DNA of 32,000 nt. Source: Candidatus Saccharimonadota bacterium. GTDB lineage: Archaea; Nanohalarchaeota; Nanosalinia; Nanosalinales; Nanosalinaceae. The stretch spans positions 270,001 through 302,000 of the forward strand of contig NZ_CP107255.1 in assembly GCF_029232205.1 (NCBI RefSeq), written 5' to 3'. The notes beneath the pieces were generated by a model. That model saw only the letters and a program-made list of their open reading frames with translations. It was not told the DNA's origin and ran no database searches. This document shows positions 22,444 through 30,809 of this stretch, in pieces (positions within the stretch are counted from its first letter, which is position 1; each line of letters opens with the position of its first letter). Both the position numbers and the translations under genes were made by a program.

Positions 22444-23247
22444 TTATTCTTCCTGTGAGGATACGATGTCTTCTACCTGGTCTCTTCTTGTGCTGAAGTC
22501 TTCCAGAAGTTGTTGTGCTTCTCCTTCTGTTCTCTGGTCTTCGTTTACTCCTGCTTCGAGGTGTTCTACTACGTCTTCTATTTCGTTGGATAGGTAGCGC
22601 ATTTCCTCGATTCTGTCCTGTAGCTGGTCGAAGTGTTCGACTGTCAGGAAGATTGTTTCTGAGTCCTCTTTTCCTTTTGAGAAGTCTGCTGACTTTGGAG
22701 GACTGTTTCTTGACTGTTTTCTTTGCTGTGTTCTCTGAGATACCTGCTGAGAATTATTGTTTTCGTTGTTCGAGAAATTCTGGGCCTGGGATTCTGGCTG
22801 CGAGAAGTTATTGCTTTGCTGACTGTTCTGTTGGTTGTTTTGCTGGAATCCTTGCTGATCCGAGCCTGTGTCCTGCTGCTGGAAGGCCTGATCTTGTTGT
22901 CCTGATGTTTCAGGCTGTGAGAAATTATTGTTTTGTTGGTTCCGGGATCTGTCTCCGGATTCTTCGTTGTTTTCGTTATTCTTATCGTATGGGCTTCCTG
23001 AGAACTGTTCTTGCTGAGTATTTTGCTGGTTGTTCTGCTGGAAATCTTGTTGTTCTGCCTGGTTCTGTGTGTCTTCGCTGTCGTCTCCTGCTTCCTGGTT
23101 CATCTGTGAGAAGTCAGGTTGTTCTGATTCCTGTTCCTCTTGATTGTTGTCGGCCTGGTTGTTTCCTCCTTCGTTGTTTACCAGGTTTTTGATTTCCTCC
23201 ATGTTCTCTTTCAGTTTCTGTTTGTCATCGTTTCCCAGATTAAACAT
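22444..23247 (-). CDS. Q/N-rich low-complexity protein with a helical acidic C-terminal domain (267 aa)
   Basis: Track ORF. The central part (about aa 28-190) is dominated by Q, N, S, E and D, with repeats FQQNNQQN(T/S)QQ (two copies) and NNFSQPE(T/S) (two copies). The C-terminus ETIFLTVEHFDQLQDRIEEMRYLSNEIEDVVEHLE looks structured. A TATA-like TTTATTTAAA (minus strand, 23276-23285) lies about 33 nt upstream of the ATG. Confidence 0.6.
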   Translation of the reverse strand: MFNLGNDDKQKLKENMEEIKNLVNNEGGNNQADNNQEEQESEQPDFSQMNQEAGDDSEDTQNQAEQQDFQQNNQQNTQQEQFSGSPYDKNNENNEESGDRSRNQQNNNFSQPETSGQQDQAFQQQDTGSDQQGFQQNNQQNSQQSNNFSQPESQAQNFSNNENNNSQQVSQRTQQRKQSRNSPPKSADFSKGKEDSETIFLTVEHFDQLQDRIEEMRYLSNEIEDVVEHLEAGVNEDQRTEGEAQQLLEDFSTRRDQVEDIVSSQEE

Positions 23248-23414
23248 AGCCCTATGGTAATGATTCTCTTCCCGGTTTAAATAAACTGGCTACAGGCCTG
23301 TAAGAGTTACTGGATGGAAACAGTTCTCAGAAAGTTATACTGCGCGGATAGAATGGTTGAAAGGTTAAGAGAATATGATAAGAGAATATGAGAGGGAAAA
23401 ATGTGTGAGGGTTT

Positions 23415-24068
23415 TTACTCCTCGTCTTCTTCGTCTGTTTCTTCTTCGACTTCTTCTGTTTCCTGTTCTTCTACCTCCTTGATTTCTGCTCCGAAGTCTG
23501 TTACTTCGTAGTTGAAGTCTTCTCCGTTTCTTTCTGCCATTTCTCTGGCGAGCAGGAAGTAGACTAGGCCTAGTGCGTTTTCTGCTTTGTTGTTTGCAGG
23601 AATTACGTGGTCGATTTCTTCTATTTCGTTTTCTGAGTCTGCAATCGCGATGACAGGAATGTTGGTATCGTGTGCTTCCTGGATGGCCTGTGCGTCTTCT
23701 TCTGGATTGGATACTACGACGATTTCAGGCTCTACAAAGTTTTCTGATTGCGGGTTGGTTAGTGTTCCTGGCATGAATCGGCCGTCGATTAGCTGTGATC
23801 CGATTGCGTTGCTGAAGGCCTTGATTGGTGTTCTGGCCTGTTCTGTTCGGCCTACGACTAGTATTTCTTCTGGATCGTAGTCTGCAAGTACTTTTGCTAC
23901 TTCTCTTATTTTTTCGTCTGTCTTGTCTAGGTTGAGAACTGCCAACTGGTTTTTCTTTACGTGGAAGATGTATTTGTCCATTGATGTGTGTTGGGCCTTG
24001 GTTCCAATGTGGACTCCATTGGCAAGGTACTGTTCTCGATCGACCAGCATGTTTTCCTCTTCGCTCAT
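23415..24068 (-). CDS. rps2: 30S ribosomal protein S2 (uS2)
   Basis: YLANGVHIGTKAQHTSMDKYIF, EILVVGRTEQARTPIKAF, FMPGTLTNP, IPVIAIADSEN; acidic C-terminal tail. Confidence 0.92.
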   Translation of the reverse strand: MSEEENMLVDREQYLANGVHIGTKAQHTSMDKYIFHVKKNQLAVLNLDKTDEKIREVAKVLADYDPEEILVVGRTEQARTPIKAFSNAIGSQLIDGRFMPGTLTNPQSENFVEPEIVVVSNPEEDAQAIQEAHDTNIPVIAIADSENEIEEIDHVIPANNKAENALGLVYFLLAREMAERNGEDFNYEVTDFGAEIKEVEEQETEEVEEETDEEDEE

Positions 24069-24107
24069 ACACGGCTATTTAAAGACAAATATTAAATACG
24101 GCTCGAT

Positions 24108-24317
24108 TCATTGGGTTGTTTCGTGTTCGATTTCTTCGGATAGTTTCCAGTATATCCAGATTCCTGCTACTGTTCCTGTTGCTAGCGGTGTGATGAATCG
24201 TAGCCATTGGCCGGCCTGAGTTTCTGGTGCTATGATGTCGACCAGGAGGCCTAGGAAGAGTACTGTGGCTATTCCTGCGGCCGCGTTTTTGAGTGCTTTT
24301 TTGTTGTGTTTCTTCAT
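24108..24317 (-). CDS. Small two-TM membrane protein (69 aa), hypothetical
   Basis: Track ORF starting 4 nt after the enolase stop. It has two hydrophobic segments, AAAGIATVLFLGLLVDIIA and LATGTVAGIWIYW. No homolog recognised. Confidence 0.35.
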   Translation of the reverse strand: MKKHNKKALKNAAAGIATVLFLGLLVDIIAPETQAGQWLRFITPLATGTVAGIWIYWKLSEEIEHETTQ

Positions 24318-24320
24318 TTT

Positions 24321-25442
24321 TCAGGCCATGTTGATTTCTGGGTTGTCTGATTTGTCCCAGAGTCTTAGTAGTTTGTTTAGTTTGGCGATTCTGATGTCTG
24401 CTATTCCGGCCTTTATGACTGGGCATTCCCATTCGAGTGCGAGGTCGCTGATGGTGTTGTCGCAGGTTTCTCCGGATCTGTGTGAGATGACTGGCGTGTA
24501 GTCGTGTTCTTTCGCTAGTTCTACGGTTTCACGTGCGTCTGTGACTGTTCCGATCTGGTTGGGTTTGACGATCAGGGAGTTGCAGGAGTCTTTGTCGATG
24601 CCTTCCTGGAGTCTTTCTTTGTTTGTTGTGAATAAGTCGTCTCCGCAGATCATGACTTCTGGGTTCTGGCGTGTGAGTTTGGCGTGCATTTTGAAGTCTT
24701 CCTGATCGAATGGATCCTCGACGTATACGAGTTCAAATTCGTCTATCAGCATCTGTACAAATTCCAGTTGTTCTTCAGGCGTGTTGACTTCTCCTAGCGA
24801 GGTCATACGGTATTTTTCGTTTTCGTAGAACTCTGAAGCTGCTATGTCAAGGCCTATTCGTGCTTCATATTTGTCAGCTACTTTTTTCAGCGCGCGGAGT
24901 GTTGCTTCGTCGTCCATGGATGTGATTAGTGCGCCTTCGTCGTTGATTCCTTTTATTTTTGATGCGTATCTTTCTTTGAGTTCCTGGTAGATTTTTCTGT
25001 TTGTTTCTATGGCTTCGGGAAATGTTTTGGCGTTGACTGGTAGTACGAGGAATTCCTGTATGCTTGTGTTTCCTCCGTGTTCTCCGCCGCCTATTACGTT
25101 GCTCAGTGGTAGTGGGAAGTTTTCTGTGTTTTCGAATCCTTCTGCGTTTTTGAATGCGAAGCTGGAGGCTATTGCGGAGGCTCCTAGTCTGGAGAAGTCG
25201 TTCGTACCGTCTATATTGTGTAGTTCTTTGTCGAATTCTTCCTGGGAAAGATCCCGGCCTTCTAGCTTCTGTATTAGTTTTTCGATGTTGTCCAGGTGGT
25301 CTGGGACGAAGCATTTGGCTTCGTGTGTTCCTGTTGATGCTCCGGACGGTGCTTTTCCGTAGGAATTGTTTATTTCGGCTTCTACGGTTGGTTTTGTCCT
25401 TGAATCAATTATCTGTCTGAGCTCTATATTTCGGAGTTCCAT
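24321..25442 (-). CDS. eno: Enolase, compact form (373 aa)
   Basis: APSGASTGTHEA, IQEFLVLP, DIAASEFY, YVEDPF, CGDDLF, VKPNQIGT, SHRSGETCD, IKAG. It sits in the conserved archaeal rpoK-eno-rps2 context. Confidence 0.88.
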   Translation of the reverse strand: MELRNIELRQIIDSRTKPTVEAEINNSYGKAPSGASTGTHEAKCFVPDHLDNIEKLIQKLEGRDLSQEEFDKELHNIDGTNDFSRLGASAIASSFAFKNAEGFENTENFPLPLSNVIGGGEHGGNTSIQEFLVLPVNAKTFPEAIETNRKIYQELKERYASKIKGINDEGALITSMDDEATLRALKKVADKYEARIGLDIAASEFYENEKYRMTSLGEVNTPEEQLEFVQMLIDEFELVYVEDPFDQEDFKMHAKLTRQNPEVMICGDDLFTTNKERLQEGIDKDSCNSLIVKPNQIGTVTDARETVELAKEHDYTPVISHRSGETCDNTISDLALEWECPVIKAGIADIRIAKLNKLLRLWDKSDNPEINMA

Positions 25443-25487
25443 GTTAGAATTAATGAGAAAAGTGGAATAAAAAGTAGGGTATTGCCC

Positions 25488-25652
25488 TTACTTTACTGTG
25501 ATTGGAAGTTTGTCTGCTTCCATTTCCTGCTTGGCGATGTCTATTGGGGATTCATCTCCTTCTGTGTCGACGAAGGATGGTGCTCCCATTGCGATCTGCA
25601 GGCTTCTGGCGCCGAGGATTCGGGCCTGTTCGTATCTTGTGTATTCTGTCAT
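25488..25652 (-). CDS. rpoK: DNA-directed RNA polymerase subunit K / Rpo6 (54 aa; below the track cutoff)
   Basis: Base-by-base hand translation: [54 protein letters not shown]. This is the Rpo6/omega core T-R-Y-E-x-A-R-I-L-G-A-R-(A/S)-L-Q ... P-x-x-I-A-x-x-E. It lies immediately upstream of eno, as in many archaea. Confidence 0.88.
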   Translation of the reverse strand: MTEYTRYEQARILGARSLQIAMGAPSFVDTEGDESPIDIAKQEMEADKLPITVK

Positions 25653-25657
25653 TGTTA

Positions 25658-26434
25658 TCATCCTATGTATCCCAGGTCTGGGGCCTGTCCTTGTCCGTCT
25701 TGTTCTTGGCCCTGTCCCTGTTTTTCTTTCAGGTTCCTAATCTTTTTAAGGATCTCCTGGCTTTCCTCTACTTTTTCGTCCAGGTCTGTGTAGTCGAGGT
25801 CTGCGTCGATTATGCTTTCTACTACTTTGATGACTTCTTCTGTTGATTTTGGATCGCTGAGGAGGAAGCCTGGTGTTTCTCCTAGTATGCAGAGGCCTTC
25901 GTATCCTCTTTCCTGTGCGAGCCCCAGTAGTAGGCCTGATACTCCTACTACCTGGTCTACGTCGTGTTCGAATGTTATGCCGTTTTCTTCGTATTCTTCT
26001 TGCAAGTCTTTTTCTGTAGTGATACCCATTACTTCTGGCTCTTCTACTACGTCTCCTGTTCCGTAGCCTCCTACTGTTACTATTTCTGTTGCTCCTACTT
26101 TTTCTACGAGATCCATTACTTTGTCTGCTACTTCGTGGTGGCCTTCTGGGTTGTTGGCCTGTGCGTTTCCTTCTAGGAAGACAATGTCTTGTTGGTCTTC
26201 TCTTTTGAGTTCGTAGATTTCGTTTTTGATTGTCTTTACTGTTTTGTCGTCGTTTACTATTGCGTATGGTGGGAAGTGGCTTGAAGTTATTTCTCCTATT
26301 TTATCTGCTTCCAGGCTTTCTGCCACGTAGCTGACAGTGTTTCTTCCTATGTGGCCTACACCTGCTAGTCCTTCTATGAATAGAGGGTTTTCTGTTTCCT
26401 GTTCAGCTGTCATTTTGATTGTGGTCTTTCCCAT
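25658..26434 (-). CDS. PAC2-family (COG1938) proteasome-assembly-chaperone-like protein
   Basis: [46 protein letters not shown], with a Q/G-rich tail. It sits in the position after Nop10 that recurs in archaeal genomes. Confidence 0.75.
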   Translation of the reverse strand: MGKTTIKMTAEQETENPLFIEGLAGVGHIGRNTVSYVAESLEADKIGEITSSHFPPYAIVNDDKTVKTIKNEIYELKREDQQDIVFLEGNAQANNPEGHHEVADKVMDLVEKVGATEIVTVGGYGTGDVVEEPEVMGITTEKDLQEEYEENGITFEHDVDQVVGVSGLLLGLAQERGYEGLCILGETPGFLLSDPKSTEEVIKVVESIIDADLDYTDLDEKVEESQEILKKIRNLKEKQGQGQEQDGQGQAPDLGYIG

Positions 26435-26453
26435 GTGTAGTTCACCTTTGGTT

Positions 26454-26597
26454 TCAGGATTGTTTCTTCATTTTTCTGCGGTATTTTCCGTAGTTGTCTG
26501 GAAATGAGAATTTTGGAGGCCTTGCGCTCTCCGTTTCTTCGCCGCAGTGTTCATCCTTCAACGTGTAAGAATTGCACTCTGGACACTTTTTAATCAT
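26454..26597 (-). CDS. nop10: H/ACA RNP protein Nop10 (47 aa; below the track cutoff)
   Basis: Hand translation: MIKKCPECNSYTLKDEHCGEETESARPPKFSFPDNYGKYRRKMKKQS. Nop10 signature C-x-x-C-x-x-Y-T-L ... C ... P-x-K-F-S-x-x-D-x-Y-x-K-Y-R. It starts 4 nt after the aIF2alpha stop. Confidence 0.85.
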   Translation of the reverse strand: MIKKCPECNSYTLKDEHCGEETESARPPKFSFPDNYGKYRRKMKKQS

Positions 26598-26601
26598 CGT
26601 A

Positions 26602-27357
26602 TTATGCCCTGTTAAATTCGAACTGGCCGTCGAGGTCGTCTGCTTTTTCTCTTATAGTTTTCACAGACTCGTCCATTCTTTTCTTTGCTAGTTCTTGGGT
26701 TCTTCCCCAGGCTGTTATTGCGTATGTTGGTGCTGATACGTATTTTATTTCCACGCCGTCCTCTACTTCGGATAATGCTTCCTTCAGTCTTTCTACGCCG
26801 TCGCTCTGGTCAAAGGCTATCTCTATTTCTCCTTCAAGCTTCTCCTGTTTGAGGTTGATGTTTTCACGAGCAACGTCCTGTACGGCCTCGACTACTTCTT
26901 CGTCGAAAAGCTCTTTCAGGTCTTCTTCTCGGGCCTCGGCGATTTCAAAGCCGTGGAAGCTGGATCCGAATTCGCGCTGCATTGGGAAGACGATTTCTTC
27001 GTATAGTTCTTCTTTTTCTCGGCCTAGCTTGTCTGCTAGTTCGTCGATGAATTTTTCGGCTTTCTGTTCTTTTTTCCATCGGGCCATGCTTTCTCTTTTC
27101 TGGTTGTCGTTTACTCTTTTGATGGAGAGGCTGATGTTGTCGTCTTCAGTATCGATTACCTGTGCTACTGTTTTTTCGCCTTCGCTCAGTTCTTTTCTGA
27201 TGTCCTGGATCCAGGATCTTGATACTTCTGAGATGTGGATCAGGCCTGTTAGGTCTTCGTATTCGTCTAGGTCTGCGTATGCAGAGTTCTTGTCTACGTC
27301 TGTTAGGGTTATTACTACGAAGTCTCCTTCATCAGGTTTGTCTTTGTACCAGCGCAT
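26602..27357 (-). CDS. eif2a: Translation initiation factor aIF2 alpha subunit
   Basis: S1-like N-terminus PDEGDFVVITLTDV..AYADLDEY..LTGLIHISEVSRSWIQDIRKEL, then helical and alpha-beta C-terminal domains. It sits in the S27e-aIF2alpha-Nop10 context. Confidence 0.9.
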   Translation of the reverse strand: MRWYKDKPDEGDFVVITLTDVDKNSAYADLDEYEDLTGLIHISEVSRSWIQDIRKELSEGEKTVAQVIDTEDDNISLSIKRVNDNQKRESMARWKKEQKAEKFIDELADKLGREKEELYEEIVFPMQREFGSSFHGFEIAEAREEDLKELFDEEVVEAVQDVARENINLKQEKLEGEIEIAFDQSDGVERLKEALSEVEDGVEIKYVSAPTYAITAWGRTQELAKKRMDESVKTIREKADDLDGQFEFNRA

Positions 27358-27450
27358 GGTGACAAGATGATAAGTGATTTTTAAAAGAGAATCGAACCTG
27401 AGATGTTTGAGTTAGAAGTTTAGAAAAGAAATATTTGGGGAAAGTAGATT

Positions 27451-27636
27451 TTACTCTACTGCAAGTTCCCTGACTACTTCGCCTGGGAACTCGGCTTTTC
27501 CGCCTGTTGGACGTGCTAGAACCTCTCCACATACTAAGCATTCTACTTCTGAGGATGCTCGGGAGAATGTTGTCTGTTCGTTGCCGCATTCACTGCATTT
27601 TACTCTTACAAAGTTTCTTGCCATTATTGGTTTCAC
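27451..27636 (-). CDS. rps27e: 30S ribosomal protein S27e
   Basis: [40 protein letters not shown], a C4 zinc ribbon. Its start overlaps the L44e stop by 4 nt. Confidence 0.9.
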   Translation of the reverse strand: MKPIMARNFVRVKCSECGNEQTTFSRASSEVECLVCGEVLARPTGGKAEFPGEVVRELAVE

Positions 27637-27935
27637 CTTTCGATTTCGAACTTTGCAGCTCGAATTGCGTTTCTAGGTTTCCATGATTTGCCACATTCCT
27701 TGCAGTTGAATTCTAGATCTTTCTTTCCAGATGTTGGGTTTGATCCACCACGGCTTCTGTTTGCCGGATTCTCGTATGGGAATGATCCGTATCCGTTGTC
27801 GATCTTTCTCTGTCTCTTTCTTGCCTTTTTACTCCAAGGACTGGCGGAGCGGTTAGTTACTTCTTTAACTGTCTGCTCCGTGTGTTCATCGCAGTGAGGA
27901 CAGTACCTTCTCTGCTCTTTTGGAATCTTTACCAT
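27633..27935 (-). CDS. rpl44e: 50S ribosomal protein L44e (eL42)
   Basis: [23 protein letters not shown] ... [15 protein letters not shown], a split zinc ribbon typical of L44e. Confidence 0.9.
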   Translation of the reverse strand: MVKIPKEQRRYCPHCDEHTEQTVKEVTNRSASPWSKKARKRQRKIDNGYGSFPYENPANRSRGGSNPTSGKKDLEFNCKECGKSWKPRNAIRAAKFEIER

Positions 27936-27978
27936 ACACTGATACCCGAGATTAAACTTTAAAAGGCCTCCGAAGTTT

Positions 27979-28617
27979 TTACCTATGAACTATTCTGGTG
28001 CCTTCCGCATCGTCAGGCCTTTCGATATTCTGGAAGGATCCCTCGAATATTTTGGTTGGCGTGGTTGATCTTTCGATTATTTCGACGGCTGTTGAGTCGA
28101 TTAACTCATGTTTCCCGGCCTCGTTGTTTCCATCGATTATTTCCTTGAGTTCTGACGGAGTTACTTCATCCAGTTTTTCTGCGTCGTCGGCCTCAGGATC
28201 TTTGTTGTATACTCCGTCGATGCTTGTTGCAATGTATAGGTCGGCTTCGAGAAGTTCTGCTGCGATGGCTGCTACTGCGTCGGTTGAGTGTCCTGGTGTC
28301 AGTCCTCCCATAACAACATTAAGGCCTGTGGAGGCCGCAGTTCTGATCTCTTCTGCGGTTTCTGGTGTGTCTGGGTAGGCCTCCATCGCGGTCATCAGGG
28401 TTTTTGCATTCAGTCTTGTGGCTGCAATCCCTACAAGATCCTGCTCTCCCTGGTTTCCGAATTCTCCTGCTGAGTAGATGTATTCTTTGAGGCCTCCTGC
28501 TCCTGTGACAACCAGTATCTGGTCTTCGTTTTTCTCCAGGGCCTCTGCTAGTTCTCCTAGCTGGTTGAGGTTTTCTGTGATGAGTGATCCGCTGACGGCG
28601 TAGACTTTTGATACCAT
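27979..28617 (-). CDS. pyrH: Archaeal-type UMP kinase (amino-acid-kinase fold)
   Basis: ILVVTGAGG, VVMGGLTPGHSTDAVAAIAAELLEADLYIATSIDGVYNKDP. Confidence 0.75.
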   Translation of the reverse strand: MVSKVYAVSGSLITENLNQLGELAEALEKNEDQILVVTGAGGLKEYIYSAGEFGNQGEQDLVGIAATRLNAKTLMTAMEAYPDTPETAEEIRTAASTGLNVVMGGLTPGHSTDAVAAIAAELLEADLYIATSIDGVYNKDPEADDAEKLDEVTPSELKEIIDGNNEAGKHELIDSTAVEIIERSTTPTKIFEGSFQNIERPDDAEGTRIVHR

Positions 28618-28629
28618 TTTAGTATTTTT

Positions 28630-29298
28630 TTACATTTCCTCTGCGTTCCCACGGTTGACAAGTATTTCTGCATTGTCGTCCGGTAGATCGGCCTGGTCTC
28701 CTTGATCGAAAGGCCCGTAGGTTTCCAGATCGGTGCCCATAAATTCGGGTACTTCTGATGTTATTTCTACACGTGTGTAGCCTTCTTCTAGTTCTTCTTC
28801 GGCCTCTTCCTCGTTTTCCTCGGTTTCTTCCTCAGCTGCGAGTTTGTTAACTTCTTTAATTTCTTCTTTTTCTTCCGCTGGTTCCTCTACTTCGGCCTCT
28901 TCAGTTGCTTCGTCTTCTGTTTCTTTTTCGAGTTTTTCTACGCTGCTGTCTTCTACTATTTCGTCTACTCTGCTGCGGTGGTCGTTGAATACTTCTTTGA
29001 GCTGTCTGTAGAGTTCTTTTTCTCTGGGCAGCATTTTTTTGTCTGAGCCCAGACTTTCTGTTTTGACTGATATCTTTGCGTTTTTGACTATTTTGTCTTC
29101 TCTGAGCGATATTATTTTTTCGAATACTCTTTTTGCGTTTCTGTATTCTCTTCCTTCGCCTGAGCTTTCTTTTTTGGATCTCAGGTAGTTTGATACGCGG
29201 AGTAGAAAGTCGTCTCCTAGCTCTGTTATGTCTTCTTCTCTTTTCTCTTCTTTCTGTATCTTTCTGAGTTCACTGAATGTTAACGCGTTGTCTGACAT
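28630..29298 (-). CDS. gins51: GINS subunit (Gins51/Gins15-like) with a long poly-acidic linker
   Basis: The N-terminus LTFSELRKIQKEEK..LTELGDDFLLRVSNYL and the C-terminal domain VEITSEVPEFMGTDLETYGPFDQGDQADLPDDNAEILVNRGNA match the Gins51 A and B domains. The gene lies directly downstream of the primase, an arrangement reported in archaea. The linker of about 50 aa is nearly pure E/A/T/K. Confidence 0.6.
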   Translation of the reverse strand: MSDNALTFSELRKIQKEEKREEDITELGDDFLLRVSNYLRSKKESSGEGREYRNAKRVFEKIISLREDKIVKNAKISVKTESLGSDKKMLPREKELYRQLKEVFNDHRSRVDEIVEDSSVEKLEKETEDEATEEAEVEEPAEEKEEIKEVNKLAAEEETEENEEEAEEELEEGYTRVEITSEVPEFMGTDLETYGPFDQGDQADLPDDNAEILVNRGNAEEM

Positions 29299-29317
29299 CT
29301 TATGTAGTTTTCACCTG

Positions 29318-30724
29318 CTAAAGTTTTTTTACCTCTAGGTCTTCATTGCATTGCTCAACGTGTTTCTTGTAGTAGCCTTCTGACTTGTACTCTTTCCCGC
29401 AGTAGGGGCATTCAAGCACTTCCTGTTCATCGCTATCTTCGGAATCTGAGTCCGAGTTGCTGTCCTGTCTTCGATTAGCTTTTCTGAATGCATAGCTTAC
29501 AGGGTTCGAGACTTTTTCCTCAAGGTTGTCTCCCTCATAGACGCCCATATCCTGATAATAGCCGTTGGAGTCATAGTTAGGTGGAGGAACGTCCTCGCTA
29601 CGGTTTCTATGCCATCGGAGTTGAGACTTTACATAGGTCTCTCCAAGCTCCTCCTTGTTCCTCTCATTCCAGGCCCAGATCTTGGAATCTATCTCCTCCC
29701 AAGAATACCCTACTGTACGGTAGAAGTTAATCAGGATAAACAATGCTCTTTTCCTGCCATCTTCCAGGCCTTCCAGAATATTTTTTATTGTAGGAGGAAA
29801 ATGCTGTTCAGGAATTGCATCATCAGGCCTTTCGAAGTCTCGATCCTGTTTTTTCTTGATCTCTTCCTTCCGTTCCTCTTCTTTCTCTGTCAGGAAGTCC
29901 ATAGCCTGGACTGCAAGGTTTGTGGCCTCTCCCTGTTCGTATTCTGACAGGAAATCTGTCTCGAAGTCTACGTTATCGATTTCAGCCTCTTCTTTATTGA
30001 AGTCTTGTATGTGGTCTATTTCTATTGGGAGTGAGACTAGCCAGCTTCCGTCGTGTAGGCTGTATGGCATTCTGAACAGGTGGCGTTGGCCCCAGTCGTT
30101 TTCGATATCGGAGACTCTGTAAGGTTTTTTCCCGTTATCGGTCTCCATCTTCTCCTCCAGGCCGTATTCTTTGATCAGCTCCATCATTTCTTCTCGGAGA
30201 TTGTCTCGTATGTAGTCAATTATTCCTCTTGGAAGCCGAGGGTACATGTCTGAGATTTCTTGCTGGTCGATCTCCTGAGGGAAGGCCTCTCCTCTGACTC
30301 CTATGTGGAATCCGCGGTTGCCGGAGAATTTTACGCTGATGTTCTCTATGCCGTGATCCTCTAGTTCACGGATTACAAGTTCGGCAGTATCTTTTGCGAG
30401 ATCAAAGCTGTGATCGCAGTCGATATCTATTACTAGATCCCAGCCCTCACGTAGCTGATTCAAGTCTGAAACATTGTCGATCAGCAGAGGGTTGCGCCAC
30501 TTCTCTACAGAGGAGTGGAATGCTACTGCGCCATCCTCTACCAGTGCCTGGAAGTCACCAGGGAAGTTAATAGCATCCGGTCTTTTACCGTAACCGTTTG
30601 GGTAGGTGGGGGCGATCTCTCGGTATTCTGCGATTTCAAGAATTTTTTCCTGAAGGCCTTCTTTTTCGTAGTACTGGCGTATTTTCCAGTCCTGTGGCCT
30701 CCGGTCGTCCCCCTCCTCTGACAT
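29318..30724 (-). CDS. priS: DNA primase: PriS catalytic domain fused to a PriL-C-terminal-like helical domain and a terminal C2HC zinc knuckle
   Basis: AEP motifs AVAFHSSVEKW, WDLVIDIDCD and SGNRGFHIGV. After about aa 300: HFPPTIKNILEGLEDGRKRALFILINFYRTVGYSWEEIDSKIWAW...VPPPNY. Extreme C-terminus: LECPYCGKEYKSEGYYKKHVEQC. Confidence 0.8.
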   Translation of the reverse strand: MSEEGDDRRPQDWKIRQYYEKEGLQEKILEIAEYREIAPTYPNGYGKRPDAINFPGDFQALVEDGAVAFHSSVEKWRNPLLIDNVSDLNQLREGWDLVIDIDCDHSFDLAKDTAELVIRELEDHGIENISVKFSGNRGFHIGVRGEAFPQEIDQQEISDMYPRLPRGIIDYIRDNLREEMMELIKEYGLEEKMETDNGKKPYRVSDIENDWGQRHLFRMPYSLHDGSWLVSLPIEIDHIQDFNKEEAEIDNVDFETDFLSEYEQGEATNLAVQAMDFLTEKEEERKEEIKKKQDRDFERPDDAIPEQHFPPTIKNILEGLEDGRKRALFILINFYRTVGYSWEEIDSKIWAWNERNKEELGETYVKSQLRWHRNRSEDVPPPNYDSNGYYQDMGVYEGDNLEEKVSNPVSYAFRKANRRQDSNSDSDSEDSDEQEVLECPYCGKEYKSEGYYKKHVEQCNEDLEVKKL

Positions 30725-30809
30725 GTAAATAGTTGTGGTAGGAAACTGTAAAAATCCCGGCCTCTGGTGAAGGTTTCGGATAAAAAAGTTTCTTACGTAT
30801 AGAAGCTGT

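Noticed and set aside
22515-23192. 225-aa plus-strand ORF antisense to the Q/N-rich gene
   Set aside because: The complement of CAG/CAA/AAC-rich repeats gives a stop-poor L/C/R/F frame. The minus-strand reading has structured termini, a promoter-like box and fits the co-oriented gene string.
23248-23414. Direct repeat AAGAGAATATGA twice (about 23368-23392) in the rps2/Q-N-gene spacer; considered as a small RNA or mini-repeat element
   Set aside because: It is only a 12-nt duplication in an AT-rich spacer that must also hold a terminator and a promoter. There is no stem-loop or tRNA-like structure.
25658-25700. Possible HbYX proteasome-docking motif at the C-terminus of the PAC2-family protein (…APDLGYIG)
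   Set aside because: HbYX needs Tyr at the penultimate position. Here Tyr is third from the end, so the motif is not met.
25482-25846. Three overlapping Cys/Leu/Phe-rich plus-strand ORFs (25482-25793, 25498-25740, 25502-25846)
   Set aside because: They are antisense to rpoK and to the 3' end of the PAC2-family gene. They are shadow ORFs with no motif.
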